Positions 1 to 11,915 of a stretch of 52,181 nucleotides of DNA are shown in pieces (the first letter of the stretch is position 1; each line of letters begins with the position of its first letter). The DNA lies in contig JBNGIO010005928.1 of NCBI GenBank assembly GCA_049999805.1, positions 41,916 through 94,096 on the forward strand. The letters are read 5' to 3'. The stretch comes from Folioceros fuciformis. Lineage: Eukaryota. The translations under genes were made by a program, and so were the position numbers. Under the pieces are notes generated by a model. That model had not been told where the DNA came from. It ran no database searches and worked only from the letters and a program-made list of their open reading frames with translations.

Positions 1-3000
1 TCCAGTGTTTTGCTTCTCAAAACTCCAGATGATGAACATTTCAGCTCACCCACGAACTTTGATGAGGGACCTTGGATAACCGTTAGAGAAGATGGGGTCA
101 CTAAGAGATCCGAGGAGCAAACTATTTTGGAGATGGAGGCAACAGAACACGAAAAGCGTCTATTTGATAACAATTAATTTTGAAACGTGGATCAGTCCTA
201 TTGACCTCCCTGTTCTCATCCTTCCTGTCACATTGAACCACGATTTTGCAATAACAACAGCACCGACCTGTCCCAGCACGTTAATTTCCGAGCTTTCCTG
301 TGTTCTTGAGGTGAAAAATGCGAAGGAAAGGAGATGCGCGGAGCCAGGGACTTGGGAGCATGGACTGGAGTGTGTATGGAGCCTCCCTCCCCGGGTGCTC
401 TTCCATGTGATGTAAGAGGATCAGCTAAGCTTCAGAAATTCGGAGAAGGCGACAAACTACATTTTGGTTTTTTAGGATCCGCTCTTAGAATGACGACGCA
501 CACCATCAGGGCAGAAGAAGGTGAGCGGTACGAGTGACTTGTTGGAAGCACGAGGCGTGAGTGATTGAAAGTTTCGAAAAGCCCTGTGTGTGCATGACTG
601 CAAATTTTCCATTAGCGGGAACGTCCACAGACGGCTTGGGTTGAAAAGAAACCAGATCTGCAGGGACGTAAAGTGAAGCAAGGCCAGGGGCAAGACGAAC
701 GTAGATGCAAGACTCAGCGAAATTCAGGGCACCGGGTTATGCATATTTCGCTAGTCTCTGATCCATGGATTGGGCGTGAAGCGTTCTCGTTCTTCCCTAT
801 TGAAATGGGGCCAAAGCGACCATTTGCTTGGAATCTCTCCTTTTAAAGAATAATGGCGGTTGTCAGTTTCTTAGGTTTCTTGCTGTCGTCATGTTTCCTG
901 CCCTGTACATGCGTCGATGTATAAGTGTCTGTCCCCGCTTCCTCTCCCATTTCACTTGTAGTTGTATGGCCTAGTATGAAACTCCTTGCCCCGCATTATT
1001 GTAGGGCTTGATGGCCTTTGCAGCCGTCCCCCAAGGACAAGCAAACAGCCAACAGGGCTGTAGGGCAATACGCTCGACAAAAGCCCTATCCTCCAAACAT
1101 GGTCGGCTGCTGTCACGGTGGGCAAACGTGTCAATCTAGCCTTCTGTCCTCAAACAATACATGGATCTCTCAGAATTCCTCAAAGTTACTTTGAAGACAC
1201 CTCTGAGGTTGGGGTTGATGATGTGAAATAATATTTGTCTGTTTAGTGTGGGCACTGCAAAAGCACTTTACTTTAGTAGTTTGTGTCTGCTGCAGAAATA
1301 ATCTTTGTGCATCAGAAAACTCGGGGAGGCAGCTTATGCTCCTCGGAAGCATGATGTTGCTTCTGCATCCTAGTGACCTAGCCAATGCTGCATTGTCGGT
1401 CCTTGCAGTATGTATCTGAAGAGCACAATGTCAGAACCATAAAATCTTGCAATGATCCAGTTAACATACGCTAAACTTCGAGCAGAACAAGATTTGGTGC
1501 AAACGCTCAGCTCCTGTTTTTTTATGTCTTTCGAGATCGGCATGCAAGTAAACAACATTCTAACCCCTTCAAAGCCTTTCGGAAGTAGTGTTCATAAGTA
1601 GAAGACAGTATTAAGAAAGAAAGCCACGGGTTTAGTGGCAAAACTGGTGAAAAGCATGACCTGGTCTGACAAACTTTGAGAAGTCCGGGAGGGTTACTTT
1701 TGCTAGCCACCAGCTCACTGGACGAGATATCAAGGTTCGGAATGCTATATGTCGTCCAGATTCTGTTCCACGTTGCTTGTGGAATGGTCGAATGTAAGTT
1801 GTTGCCTATGCTCCAGGTTATCAGTGACATCCGTTCTCATGATGGACTTAGGAAAGAGGACATTAATGCTTCTGGAGATGGTATGCCTGTTAGCAGCCCT
1901 GTTGGACAAAAAGCATGACCCCACCCAAGGGTTGCTGGGATCAAGCTTACACATTCCGTTTGCAGGTGATGTTTTGGTTGTGTTTGACCTACAACCTGAT
2001 GAAAGTCTGATTGAAGCTAGATTTACAGAAGTAAGCGTGCTGACCGTTTGAGGTCCGCTGGGTTTCAACAGCAGCATGTGTTGTTTACCACAGCTCACTT
2101 ACTCTCTGCTCGTTCTGGACCAGATTGAACAGGGTTCAGACGCTCGGAAAGAATGCTGGGCTAGGGGCCACTGATATTATCGAGGTGTGTTACAAAGTAC
2201 TGCAAGACGAACCTCCCACAGGTGAAAAGATTTGTTTTAGCCATGTTGTCAGAAAGCCAAATAGGGCCATGTATGCATAGTAAAGGGGCAGCTGTGTGGG
2301 CAGACTTGGTTTCAATCTCAATATGCCGGCCTCTTCCTTCTTGCTCAGGACAAGCTGCAGGGCATGCGGAATTGTATAAGTTCACCTCATTTCCAGAGAT
2401 TTTGTCAACTTGAGAACAGAGTTGGCTGCCAATGAGAACAATGTACGTTCCGCTACCACGACTTCTTGTTCTCCACCTCTGGATACATAATTGAGCTGCC
2501 ATTTTTCACTAACTAATCTTCCGTTCTTTCTTTTTCGTTTCGTCCCAGATCAAAGGAGCTGTAGATGGGCAACAGGCATACGAGTTTTGGGTTGGCCAGC
2601 ATTTCTATCTACCGGTTTCAGAACCAGCGCGGAAGAAACTCTTAGTTTAGTTTTCTGAAAATGATCCAGATGGAATGTGATGTACAGGGGTGCCAGTTCA
2701 ACAATTTCAAATAGGTACACATCAAACCAATACATGAACAAACGGAATCGAGAATTTCGATGATCAATAAATATGATTTCGCCTTGAGTTCAACAACGAG
2801 ATTTTTGGTCTATCGGCTGGCGGGGACGTAGCGAATCTTCCGCATGCCTCCTCCAACACGGAGGGTCTCGGGTAGTCCGAGGGCAAATAATGAGCCCATT
2901 GCCTTTGGCTCATTTAAATCTGTAGTGATCCTTCTTACAACATTCACAGGGCTATAATTTACGTAGACCTTGCAGGATTGAGGAAGTATAATGATCTACA

Positions 3001-3425
3001 AAGCAGAAACTCCACAGGAATAACCGGTCATGGACGGTAGGCCATAACACAGAATCACCATAGCTTCTTCCTGCGGTGGGTCAAACCTAAGCGGAGAGGT
3101 CAGAATCATGAACCTCTTCCCGTCAGCACCATCAAAGGCCTGAATTTGAGCGACGGGAGCATTTCCGCTTCTTGCACACAGCACACAGATGTGTTCTTCA
3201 CGTGACGTCCACCGGGCTGCACTGCCTGCCCACCTGCTTGATTGTGGACCTACGCCCGGTCCAGAAGACTCACTGCGGTCTTCTTTCCAGATTACAGAGG
3301 AGCAATCGTTTCAATGCCCTGAAATCCACATAGCCTTGGCTTGACCTGAAGACGCTCAAGCGTTTGCGGGGCAATTTGAGACAAAGCTCCAAATCCTGAA
3401 CAAAAGCTGCACACGATTTTGGGAC

Positions 3426-6254
3426 CTACACTGCATTAGCCGCTCGCTCCAAGCCCTTCGATTGTGTAGATAGTTGCAGCTTCCTAATTGCCGCGGTTCC
3501 CAGCTGCCTAGCCCGCTCTCGAGACACACCATGTCTGTAGCGCAGTTCGCGGAAGTTAACCAGAAATACATGTTGCGCTAAAATGTCCATAAGAGCATAG
3601 GTCAAACCACGTGTCAACCATCCCATCGGAACACACGTTAAACGTACCTCAACCCGATCTTGTCAAAAGACAACTGCTGGCCATCTATTTGACCTAGCCC
3701 GTAGTGCATCTTCACGATATCTTGCTCCCGTTGGCTCAACATAGATGACAACAGATAGTTGACGTCCTCCTGGCAGCAGAAGACCAAAGCGCAATGTGTC
3801 AGAAAAATGAAAGCCAGGTCTCGGGTACTCCGGCCACCGTGTGATTGCCGTTGCTACCTTCAGGAGTACTCTGTCAACCTGCGCCCATGGCTGATTTTCC
3901 GAGTCGTTGTCAGCGATGATCTACGTGCAAGCCATTCAACGCGATCAGACACGCTCCACAAGGGAAATCAGGAAACACTGAAGTAAAACACTGCAACTTA
4001 TGAAAGTATCATTTGCAAACCGTACTCCTCAAAGGCAAGGACTTGGGCTCACTGTGTGAAATGTGTCCTTGTCACCATCTTGTAAGCTATCCCGTCGAAT
4101 TTCTCGATCTATTGACTTCAACCTTTTCTTGGTCTGCAATAACAGGTCACGGCTGCACATTAGACTTTCCCCCTCGGTCCTGAACAGTCCACCAAGCAAA
4201 TAGGGATCCTTCTAGGTGCACCGCAAGAAACGAAGGTTTAGAACCCTTACAACCACCTTGAGGGCATTTTGCACTTTGACATCTGAGATGTTGAGAGCCT
4301 TCGAAATCTTCTGCAAACGATGTCACAGAAACACAGACGTAAACGATATTATAAAGAAGATAGTACAGGTCCTGGCGTGTAATGAGGTTCTGGAACGGAA
4401 ACAACTGGGTCAGGGGAGCTGAAAGTGATTAAGAGTTGAAGCTGACCTGAACTGTAGGAGTTGAGCCCTCAGACGCTATTTTATTTCTAACTTTCCTTAT
4501 CCTGGCCAAAGTATCATGCACATGGACGGGGATCCGCACAGTATTGGAGTGGTCAGCAATAGCCCTTGTCACACCCTGTCCAGCATCCAGATTGCCCCTC
4601 AATCAGAAATGTTTGACTACGAAACATTCTAGAAAAACAGGTCTGAGACCGTCTAACGGTTGTACCTGGCGTATCCACCAGTGCACATAGGTAGAAAGCT
4701 TGTAACCTCTTGTATGGTCAAACTTCTCCACCCCTCTGACCAGCCCAATCGAACCTTCCTGGTGAGCATCAATGGAGGGGGCCTCAGTAGTGCTGAGAAG
4801 GAGTAAGCGCAAACAGACACAGGTGCAACGGGCTTGCCACAGCGGGGCGTGCCCAGCACATTCTGTAAGTCACATTGCCTTGCAAACCTGAATCAAGTCA
4901 GCCAATTCAAGGCCACGGTTGTTGTAGCGTTTAGCAACGGAAACAACAAGCCGTAAATTGGACATGACCATCTTGTCCCTGGCCAGATCGGCTTCGTTCA
5001 ACGTGTTGAGCACGTCACTAGTGGACATTCCCATGTGTGAAGCCCACTGCTCATTACTAGGAGCATACCCAAGCTCCGCCTCCAAACTGACATAGATATG
5101 TAGCAACGAGGCAAGTCAGCAGCGAGCCAATGCAGGAACGGCTCAAACGATAACATCCAACACTGCAGATTTTGCCCACGGTAATAAACCCTGCACACAA
5201 AACTGCTATGCATCTCATTCAGACATTTCTTGCAAACATTTCTTGCAAACAAGGAGAAGACAGCGAGCAGTGTCACGGCCATCCAACACGGGCTACCAAA
5301 CACTAAGAAGTAAAAGCAAAAGGCAGGCGTGACCTACTTCTTACGCACGTCCTTCAGCTGTGTCCCTGACTTGATCTTCTTGGACAACTCAATCTCATCA
5401 TCCCTAGACAGTAGCTCCGTCTTGGTCATGTCCCTCATATACGCCGTCAAATAGTCCTGCAAGCCGTCCGGTCTAGGTCTCGGCCTATCCCTGAACTTCC
5501 TCCGAATCAGCACAGAGGCAGCGGGCGCTTCAGCCGCGCTCCTCTGCTGCCTGGCCTGCATGCGCCGCTGCCTGGCAGACGGCTTCCCGTCGCTCATTAT
5601 CCTACGCCGCGCCGACTCCCCTTTCCTGTCGTCCACTCCGGGCCTTTGCACCGGCTCCCGCTCCAGCACCTGCTCCTCCTCCCGCTCCCGCTCCTCCACC
5701 GGCACGCGCTTCTTGAGCGGCCTCCCACGGCGGCGTGGCGGTGGATTCAGCCTCTGCTCCAAGGCGGATAATTCCTCCAGAGACAAGGCCCACTGCCGCT
5801 CCAGCAGCGAGCGCTCCAGCGCGGTGGTGGGATCTCCAGCCAGGGAAATATCCCCCTCCCTCTCCCGCTCCAAGTCCAGCCCTAAAGAGGCCCCGAGGAA
5901 AGCCGCGTCCAGCAGCGCGAGGCCAAACCCCCGGCTGCTGCTGCACGCACCGGTGTCCTCCAGCACGTACCCGGCCTGCTGCTCCCGCAGCGCGGCCACA
6001 GGCTCGCCCCGGTCCCGATACCCGTCCCGCTCCATCCCCGCCTGCATTGCGCGGTGCTTGAGCGGTGCTCGTATCCGCACGTGCTTGCGCGGCTCTGGAT
6101 CCCCCGCGGCGGCTCCTCCCGCCGCCGGGGCCGCGCACACGCAGGCGCATTCCTGATGGTGGTGCCTGGGGAGTGCCTGGGGTTGCCCCCGCAGCCGCTC
6201 CAGAGGATCTGGCAGCCGCAGGCACGCCTGAAATCCCAGGCCTGAGGCTGCCAT
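3426..6254 (-). CDS. SIG1: Nuclear-encoded plastid RNA polymerase sigma-70 factor, SIG1/SIGA-like; 9 exons (6254-5338, 5086-4888, 4758-4666, 4575-4447, 4310-4257, 4133-4053, 3920-3858, 3769-3648, 3534-3426), ~588 aa
   Basis: GT-AG splicing gives a continuous frame with region 1.2 ([26 protein letters not shown]), region 2 ([50 protein letters not shown]), region 3 and region 4 ([25 protein letters not shown]). YVxWWIRQGVxRA and IADxxxENxPW resemble plant SIG1. The start ATG and the subfamily are inferred. Confidence 0.9.
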
Positions 6255-6848
6255 GCCCGTTTCATGCACAAGCGCAATGCGCTTTGCCTGCGCTGCCACC
6301 ACCTGCAGTAACCATTTTTCCTCAACTATCTGCACCTCCAACTCAAGTGAGACTGTGCAGCGGATGGATAGGGCACGCCAGGTGGCGCCTGCCTGGGCCC
6401 GACGATCCCTTTGCCCAACCACGCCCCCCTTTCCCTTCTTCAGATATTTTGCCTCTCCAAGGCCTTTGCACACATCTCCTAACGATATTTTTTGGTCTAG
6501 CATCTAACATCCGTCATTCTCGCATATGTATCTATCTCTCCTTTTTTTTTATTTGCTATTGAAAAAAGATGAAAGTTCCAACCCGAGGCCAAAGGCCACA
6601 ACGTATTAGCTCGAGTATCATTCTCACAACTACCTATTGCTTCCGGATGTTGTTATGTGAAATAACAAAAAAAATCTACCTATTCATGCTGAAGAAGACA
6701 CTTGATCTATACTTGTTGTTGTTCAAAAGGCCTCATTGGCCAAACCTCTTTGCAAAGCAATGGATGCGTATCATCTAAAGAAGGCCACCACTAAGGCAAG
6801 AGGAAGGAACTCATTCCTATGTCTATAATACACCTTTGTGGACTTTGG

Positions 6849-6864
6849 TTTAGGGTTTAGGGTT
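6849..6864 (+). repeat. Two interstitial plant telomere units (TTTAGGG)2, telo-box-like
   Basis: tttagggtttagggtt lies ~600 bp upstream of the SIG1 ATG. Confidence 0.5.
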
Positions 6865-7500
6865 ATCAATATGTCTGCTTTTCTTTTCTCTTTTAGTCTA
6901 GGACTCCTTCTCCACCTCTTCATTTTTGTGGTCACATCAACGTATTTGTTAACAAATCATACAAACATCGAGGTTCTACCTTCATGCTAAGAGTCACGGG
7001 AACGAAAGTGGAGGGTGGTGTGCAGAGTCATAGTAGAACCATGAGCCACACGACGCCGCACTGTAGGGCCTAGGTCCATAACATATTGTCCAAGCCTCGT
7101 GCGCCCAGAGTTGGATCTCATGCATATGTAGTTAGGCCTCTCGTTCCAGCAATTTGGCTTTGTGCCCTTGTGATCAAAATATGCGCGCCTACTTCCAAGC
7201 CCTACAAGATCCTAATATGGCTCTGTGCGCTTGCTACCAGAAGTGCGACAAATTCACAAACTCCATAGGAGAATTTGTTGGCCTCTGACGTGCTCCCAAA
7301 AATGTTGTTAGTGCCTCAACTCCTATCCAACAAAGTGCTCAATTTGAAAGGCTTTCCTACAGCGAAGAGACTCACATGATAGGTTTGCTAGCCTTCCAAC
7401 GAGGAAAAAAGGATGGGCGGCCAAATACACTTCCTCTCGTACAATAAGTAAGGAATATCATTTAATTGTTCTACATGGAGTTTGAGAAGGTGCATACAAT

Positions 7501-7730
7501 TTGGTAGTCCATAAGAGACTTAGTGCGAGGCCAAAGGAACAGTGTCTTTGGCAGTCCATGTGAAACTAGTGCAAGGTAGATGGAATGGTGTCTTTGGTAG
7601 TCCATGTGCAACTAGTGCAAGGTAGATGGAATGGTGTCTTTGCTAGTCTATGTGAGCATAGTGCAAGACATGTGGAATGGTGTCTTTGGTAGTCCATGTG
7701 AGACTGGTGCAAGGGAGATGGAATGGTGGT
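7501..7730. repeat. ~46-bp tandem minisatellite, ~5 degenerate copies
   Basis: Repeated unit gtgtctttggtagtccatgtg..actagtgcaaggtagatggaatg. Confidence 0.85.
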
Positions 7731-10142
7731 GTCTGGTTTGTAAGATAAAATCAAAATGGCAAACAATAAAAAGTTATGAGGAAAACGGCTAAACCGCTAA
7801 AAAGATATGAGGAGCATTCTTTTTTTAGTTGCCTAGGTCCTCCAACTCCAAGGAGAGCGTCCTTCGGCGCGCACATTTTATCTTCCTCTGATCCCATTCT
7901 CAGAAGGGTGATTCCATTCATTAAAAATGTAATCTTGGCTCAATATCCAAAAGATGTAGTATTTTGTACCATAGAAATAGAATAATTAAGAGCATAGGTT
8001 TCTTTCCCTTTCTCTCAGATCATACCATCCAGTCTTAAGAGCTTCACAATTATTATGAGCTATCTAATTGATTTGATAACAACATTCATATTATCGAAAT
8101 GAAACAAACCGTAAAGGAAAAGAAGATTATAAGTCAATGACCCGTGGCCATCCTGCTATCTCGTGTGGGTGTCAATTCTAAATAAAAATCCTTAGGATGC
8201 AACCATAGACAATCCACATGAAATGCTTTGTCCGAAACAGGAAATGCTTTCTCCAAAACATCTAAACAAGGATCACCCATTACTTTAGGGTTCCACTCTA
8301 TGGTTGAGTGTGGTCTACTTGAGTAATTGGTGCTCCTATGTGGGATATGGAGGTAGGGTCATTGACTGAGGTGAAGTCCTAACAAGATAGTCGTAGGGGA
8401 ACCTGTGGCTGGATTGACTCCTTTTTTTTTTATGAATTGCAATTCTTTTTTTTTGTCAATTTTTCTTCCTCATTCACCATTTATCTTTTGTTTAGTGATA
8501 TGCTCCGTTGTTAGCCAGACAACCTCAAGTCATTAGATAATGAGAAAATCTTGCTTAGAAAGCATGAAACAATAGAACAAAGACTATGTGACTTATCGTA
8601 CTGCACATTTTGCAATGTAAAATTTTCTCCTTCCGTGAGATTAAGCTATCTCGTACTATTGTGAAATTTGTCTTCGTTCTTCTAATGATTTGTCTACTTT
8701 TTTGTAGCAAGAATAGATAGTAAGCGTGCAATGGAAGAAAATGGCTTCTATGAATGACCTTCGGCCTTTATTCGCTCACTTCTTCGTAGTAGAAGATAGG
8801 AAAACTTGCTTTCCTGGAGGTCTTCATTCTAGCCAATGTTGAAGTGGCCTTTGCTTTGCGCCGAAGGGTTTTGGCTTTTTTGTATAATTCTGTCTCCTAT
8901 TAATTTACAACATGGCTAGCCTGCATGTTTCACTTGAACTTAGTAGAAATTCTTTCTTGGTTAGATGGTTGGATGTGATATTTACACAACGAGGATCTGT
9001 ATGAACGTAGATGATACCATCACGACTTCTTTCGTACCGCTGGGAGCTTCTTTGCCCATTGACGCTACAACGGCCCCTCTATCATAAAGGATGACTAGAA
9101 GAAGACAAGAATAATAACTAGTTTTTCAATTCCAGTGAGATTCGACAAACGGGAAGGAAATTTCTGGTGGATATTCAACGTGATTCCGTCTGAGGCAGGG
9201 GCTTGAAATCGTATTTATGGCACATGTAGACGCTACAATCTAGTAGGATTGCGATCTTCTAGGAATGATTTTCATCAGAGGAGAAGGCTAGAGGTGTCGT
9301 GTGCAAACTAGGCAGCGGAATTGAGTGGGGTAACGATAGTAACCAAGAGAGACCATGGCTCCTTCTTCTTCCTTTTGTGATCAAGCCATCTTTCAGTTTT
9401 GTTGGGGCTAAGCCTAAGGATTCCTTGGATTATAGCTATTCCCTTATCGGAATAAAAGTGGGTTGCAACCTTCACATTATGGTTGTGCTCCGTAGTGCGA
9501 ATTATTTACGCCCTACTACGAAACCACGTTGTACAAATTAACTTTCATTAGATCAGTAATAAGAGATACTTGAAAATGGTGTGTACGGGGGTGCCTTCCT
9601 GTAATCCCAGATAATTGTAGTAGATACTTGTTGAGTTGTTTGTTGAGAGTTATGCTCTCGCCAAAAGCGAGGTGTAGCCCTCAACGGCCTAGCCCTCATC
9701 AGGGCTACCTCCACCAAGTAAGAGAAAGAGGCTTGATTAAGAAAGTAAAAGGTCTTCAAGCCAGACCGCAGTGGTTTTTGTCTGGCTCTACCGAAGAAGT
9801 CTTGCGAGACGTCTGTCGCCTAAAGAGCATCCCAGGAAGGCCCTTTAACCTGCATGCTCCCAGTTTTATTTTCGCCAAAAACCGATTCATTTGCTCAGCG
9901 CTCGGCACCCAGGTATAGGGCTAGTAGAGTAGTACTCCTCGAGATTTATTGGAAAAGGAGTAAACATATACGTTACAATTTCTAGCTTCATCCCATTTAA
10001 ATCTAAGTGGAGTAACGCCCCTTTCTTACGCAGCGTAAAAGGAAGCAACAGTCTCGAATCTCGTCTATTCACTCCGCAGCGCTCCACTTACAAATCACTC
10101 ACTCCCTCTCACACAACTCAGCACTAGGCTCCAAGTAGCCCG

Positions 10143-10500
10143 TTGTCCAGACAGGCAGGGGGGCCACTTCTCAAATTCCAATGGTGGGGAGTGGTTTGGT
10201 CCCTATCACTGTTTTCCTTGTGGCAAAACTGGACAGCAATGGTATATGGTGGGAGTGAGCCGGTCACTAGGAAAGCTTTGCTATGGCGCATATGGGAGCA
10301 GGTACTTGTGGTCGCAGAAAGTATTCGAACGTCCACTCACTCTAAGTTCAGGCAGAGAGAGTGGATACTTGCAGGCTTCCTCCGACACAATGACCAATGG
10401 GAGCACTCCTGCCTGTGGGGCAGATACGTCTCATAAGGGTTGGGTGGCTCTTGATCGTAGGGTAGTTTAGCTTTGCTTGCTTCTATAGCTTAGATTTTGC
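10143..10500 (+). mobile_element. Possible 3' end fragment of a LINE ORF2
   Basis: The Trp-rich WWGVVWSLSLFSLWQNWTAMVYG...LWRIW resembles the C-terminal 'W..W..RN..IF' segment of plant L1 ORF2; weak. Confidence 0.3.
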
Positions 10501-10776
10501 TTCTATAGGCTAAGGTATTCAGTTGCGGACGCAATTGATATGCCGTTGGTGTAGCCTAAACTACGAATAATCAGATTTTTTTCTTCGCGGAAAAATAAAG
10601 TAGCCCATCATCCACTAACGACTCGCAGACCACCACGACTCGCAGACCACCTCCTCTAGGTGCTGCTCTTTATTCAAGATACTTACTAAAGAGTTTGGCG
10701 ATCTACGCCCCACTGGCTACTGCTCTAGACTCAATCTGACAAGCTTGCTCTTCAAGCCCTCCACAATTATGTCTCA

Positions 10777-10982
10777 TATCGAAAATGGTAGAGCATGAGA
10801 AGAGAGCATAAGGAAAACAAAACATATATTATGAATATGAGAGAATTATACAAAAAGTGTTGTGTAAGTGAATATAGGTCTATCCACTAGGCTGCGTACC
10901 CCTTCACTAACTAACCCTAATATAAAATAACCATAACTAACCAAAGTAATTAACCCTAAGCAAATAAGATTACTCGCGAACA
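10777..10982 (-). repeat. 3' LTR of Copia B (~206 bp)
   Basis: Aligns to 22661-23007 and abuts the PPT. Confidence 0.85.
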
Positions 10983-11713
10983 CCCTCTCTTAAGCATGAT
11001 GAGCTTAGGCAGCGTAAAGGCGGGACTGAGCACGGGGTTTGTGAAGGCGGTGTAGGATGGTCACAAGGCGAAGGCAGGCATGTAGGAAATAACCAGTAGC
11101 TCTCATTGCTAACCGTTCACTACAGCAAGGATGTGAGCTGGTAGAAGATGAAGTTGCTACAAATCTCGCGACCGCGTATGCAGCATTCCTCACTATCAGC
11201 TTCGCAGGAATCCACATAGTTAGGGTGATTCTTCTGTGCACGATGCCGGGAAAGAGGGCTAAGCGTCGAGTGAGAAGGGAGCAACCTGCAAGGCGCCCAG
11301 CTGAGGGAGAGTGGGACAAATCCCATTTGATTGGGAGTAGTCTCAGAATCGACGGCTGGAAGGTGCTCTTCAATGTGACTCTGTGTTGGGCAAAGCCAGT
11401 AAAAAGGGGCGGTGAGTCAGCAAAAGATACTGGAGATGAGGCCAGTTTACTGAGGCCGCTCCAAGAAGTGCAGCGACTGTTGGGGCTACTCAAGATACTA
11501 CAGGAGGAAGAAAAGGATCGCCAGCTGTATTCAGGTGATTAGAATAGCATGGAGCTTCATCCACCTGGAATAACAGTATGTGATATAGCAGCCTGTCGTC
11601 AAACTAATCCTCCTTGTCATGGAACGCAGGTGCTGAAGGCTAGGGAAAGGGCTGGCCTACTAAAGTATGCAAAAACTGAGGACTTGGGCCTCACCTATAA
11701 GTCCCCTTATCTG

Positions 11714-11915
11714 TCTCATGGTTTAGAGCTAAGGACATGCCTCACGTTGAGTGCAAACAGACATGAGGGCAGGAACATGCGAGAGCACACAAGCGGCTTC
11801 GAAAGAGAATATATTAGTGTTAAGGTTTAGGAAAACGTTATGAACAAAATTGTCTGTGTGTGTGACGGTTCATCCAAGGGACACCTAACTACGCTAGGTT
11901 AACAATCTCCTAACA
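11714..11915 (-). repeat. 3' LTR of Copia A
   Basis: ~95% identical to 17207-17408; flanked by PPT and TSD. Confidence 0.95.

Noticed and set aside
1-2900. Possible minus-strand gene (Ser-rich frames, splice-like sites, promoter-like region near 2850)
   Set aside because: The frames I checked are repeatedly stopped, and I could build no consistent spliced model or recognise a domain; it may be a pseudogene or non-coding.
6255-6503. N-terminal extension of the 389-aa sigma ORF
   Set aside because: Probably 5' UTR/promoter; MAASGLG at 6254 is a more plausible transit-peptide start (not proven).
5560-6562. Long overlapping and antisense ORFs over SIG1 exon 1
   Set aside because: By-products of GC-rich coding sequence.
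7501-7730. CRISPR-like periodicity here and at 22690-22860 and 23390-23503
   Set aside because: Head-to-tail tandem units without unique spacers, no cas genes, eukaryotic context.
11712-11713. Canonical CA end for the Copia A 3' LTR
   Set aside because: These bases are part of the ATCTG TSD and are absent from the 5' LTR.
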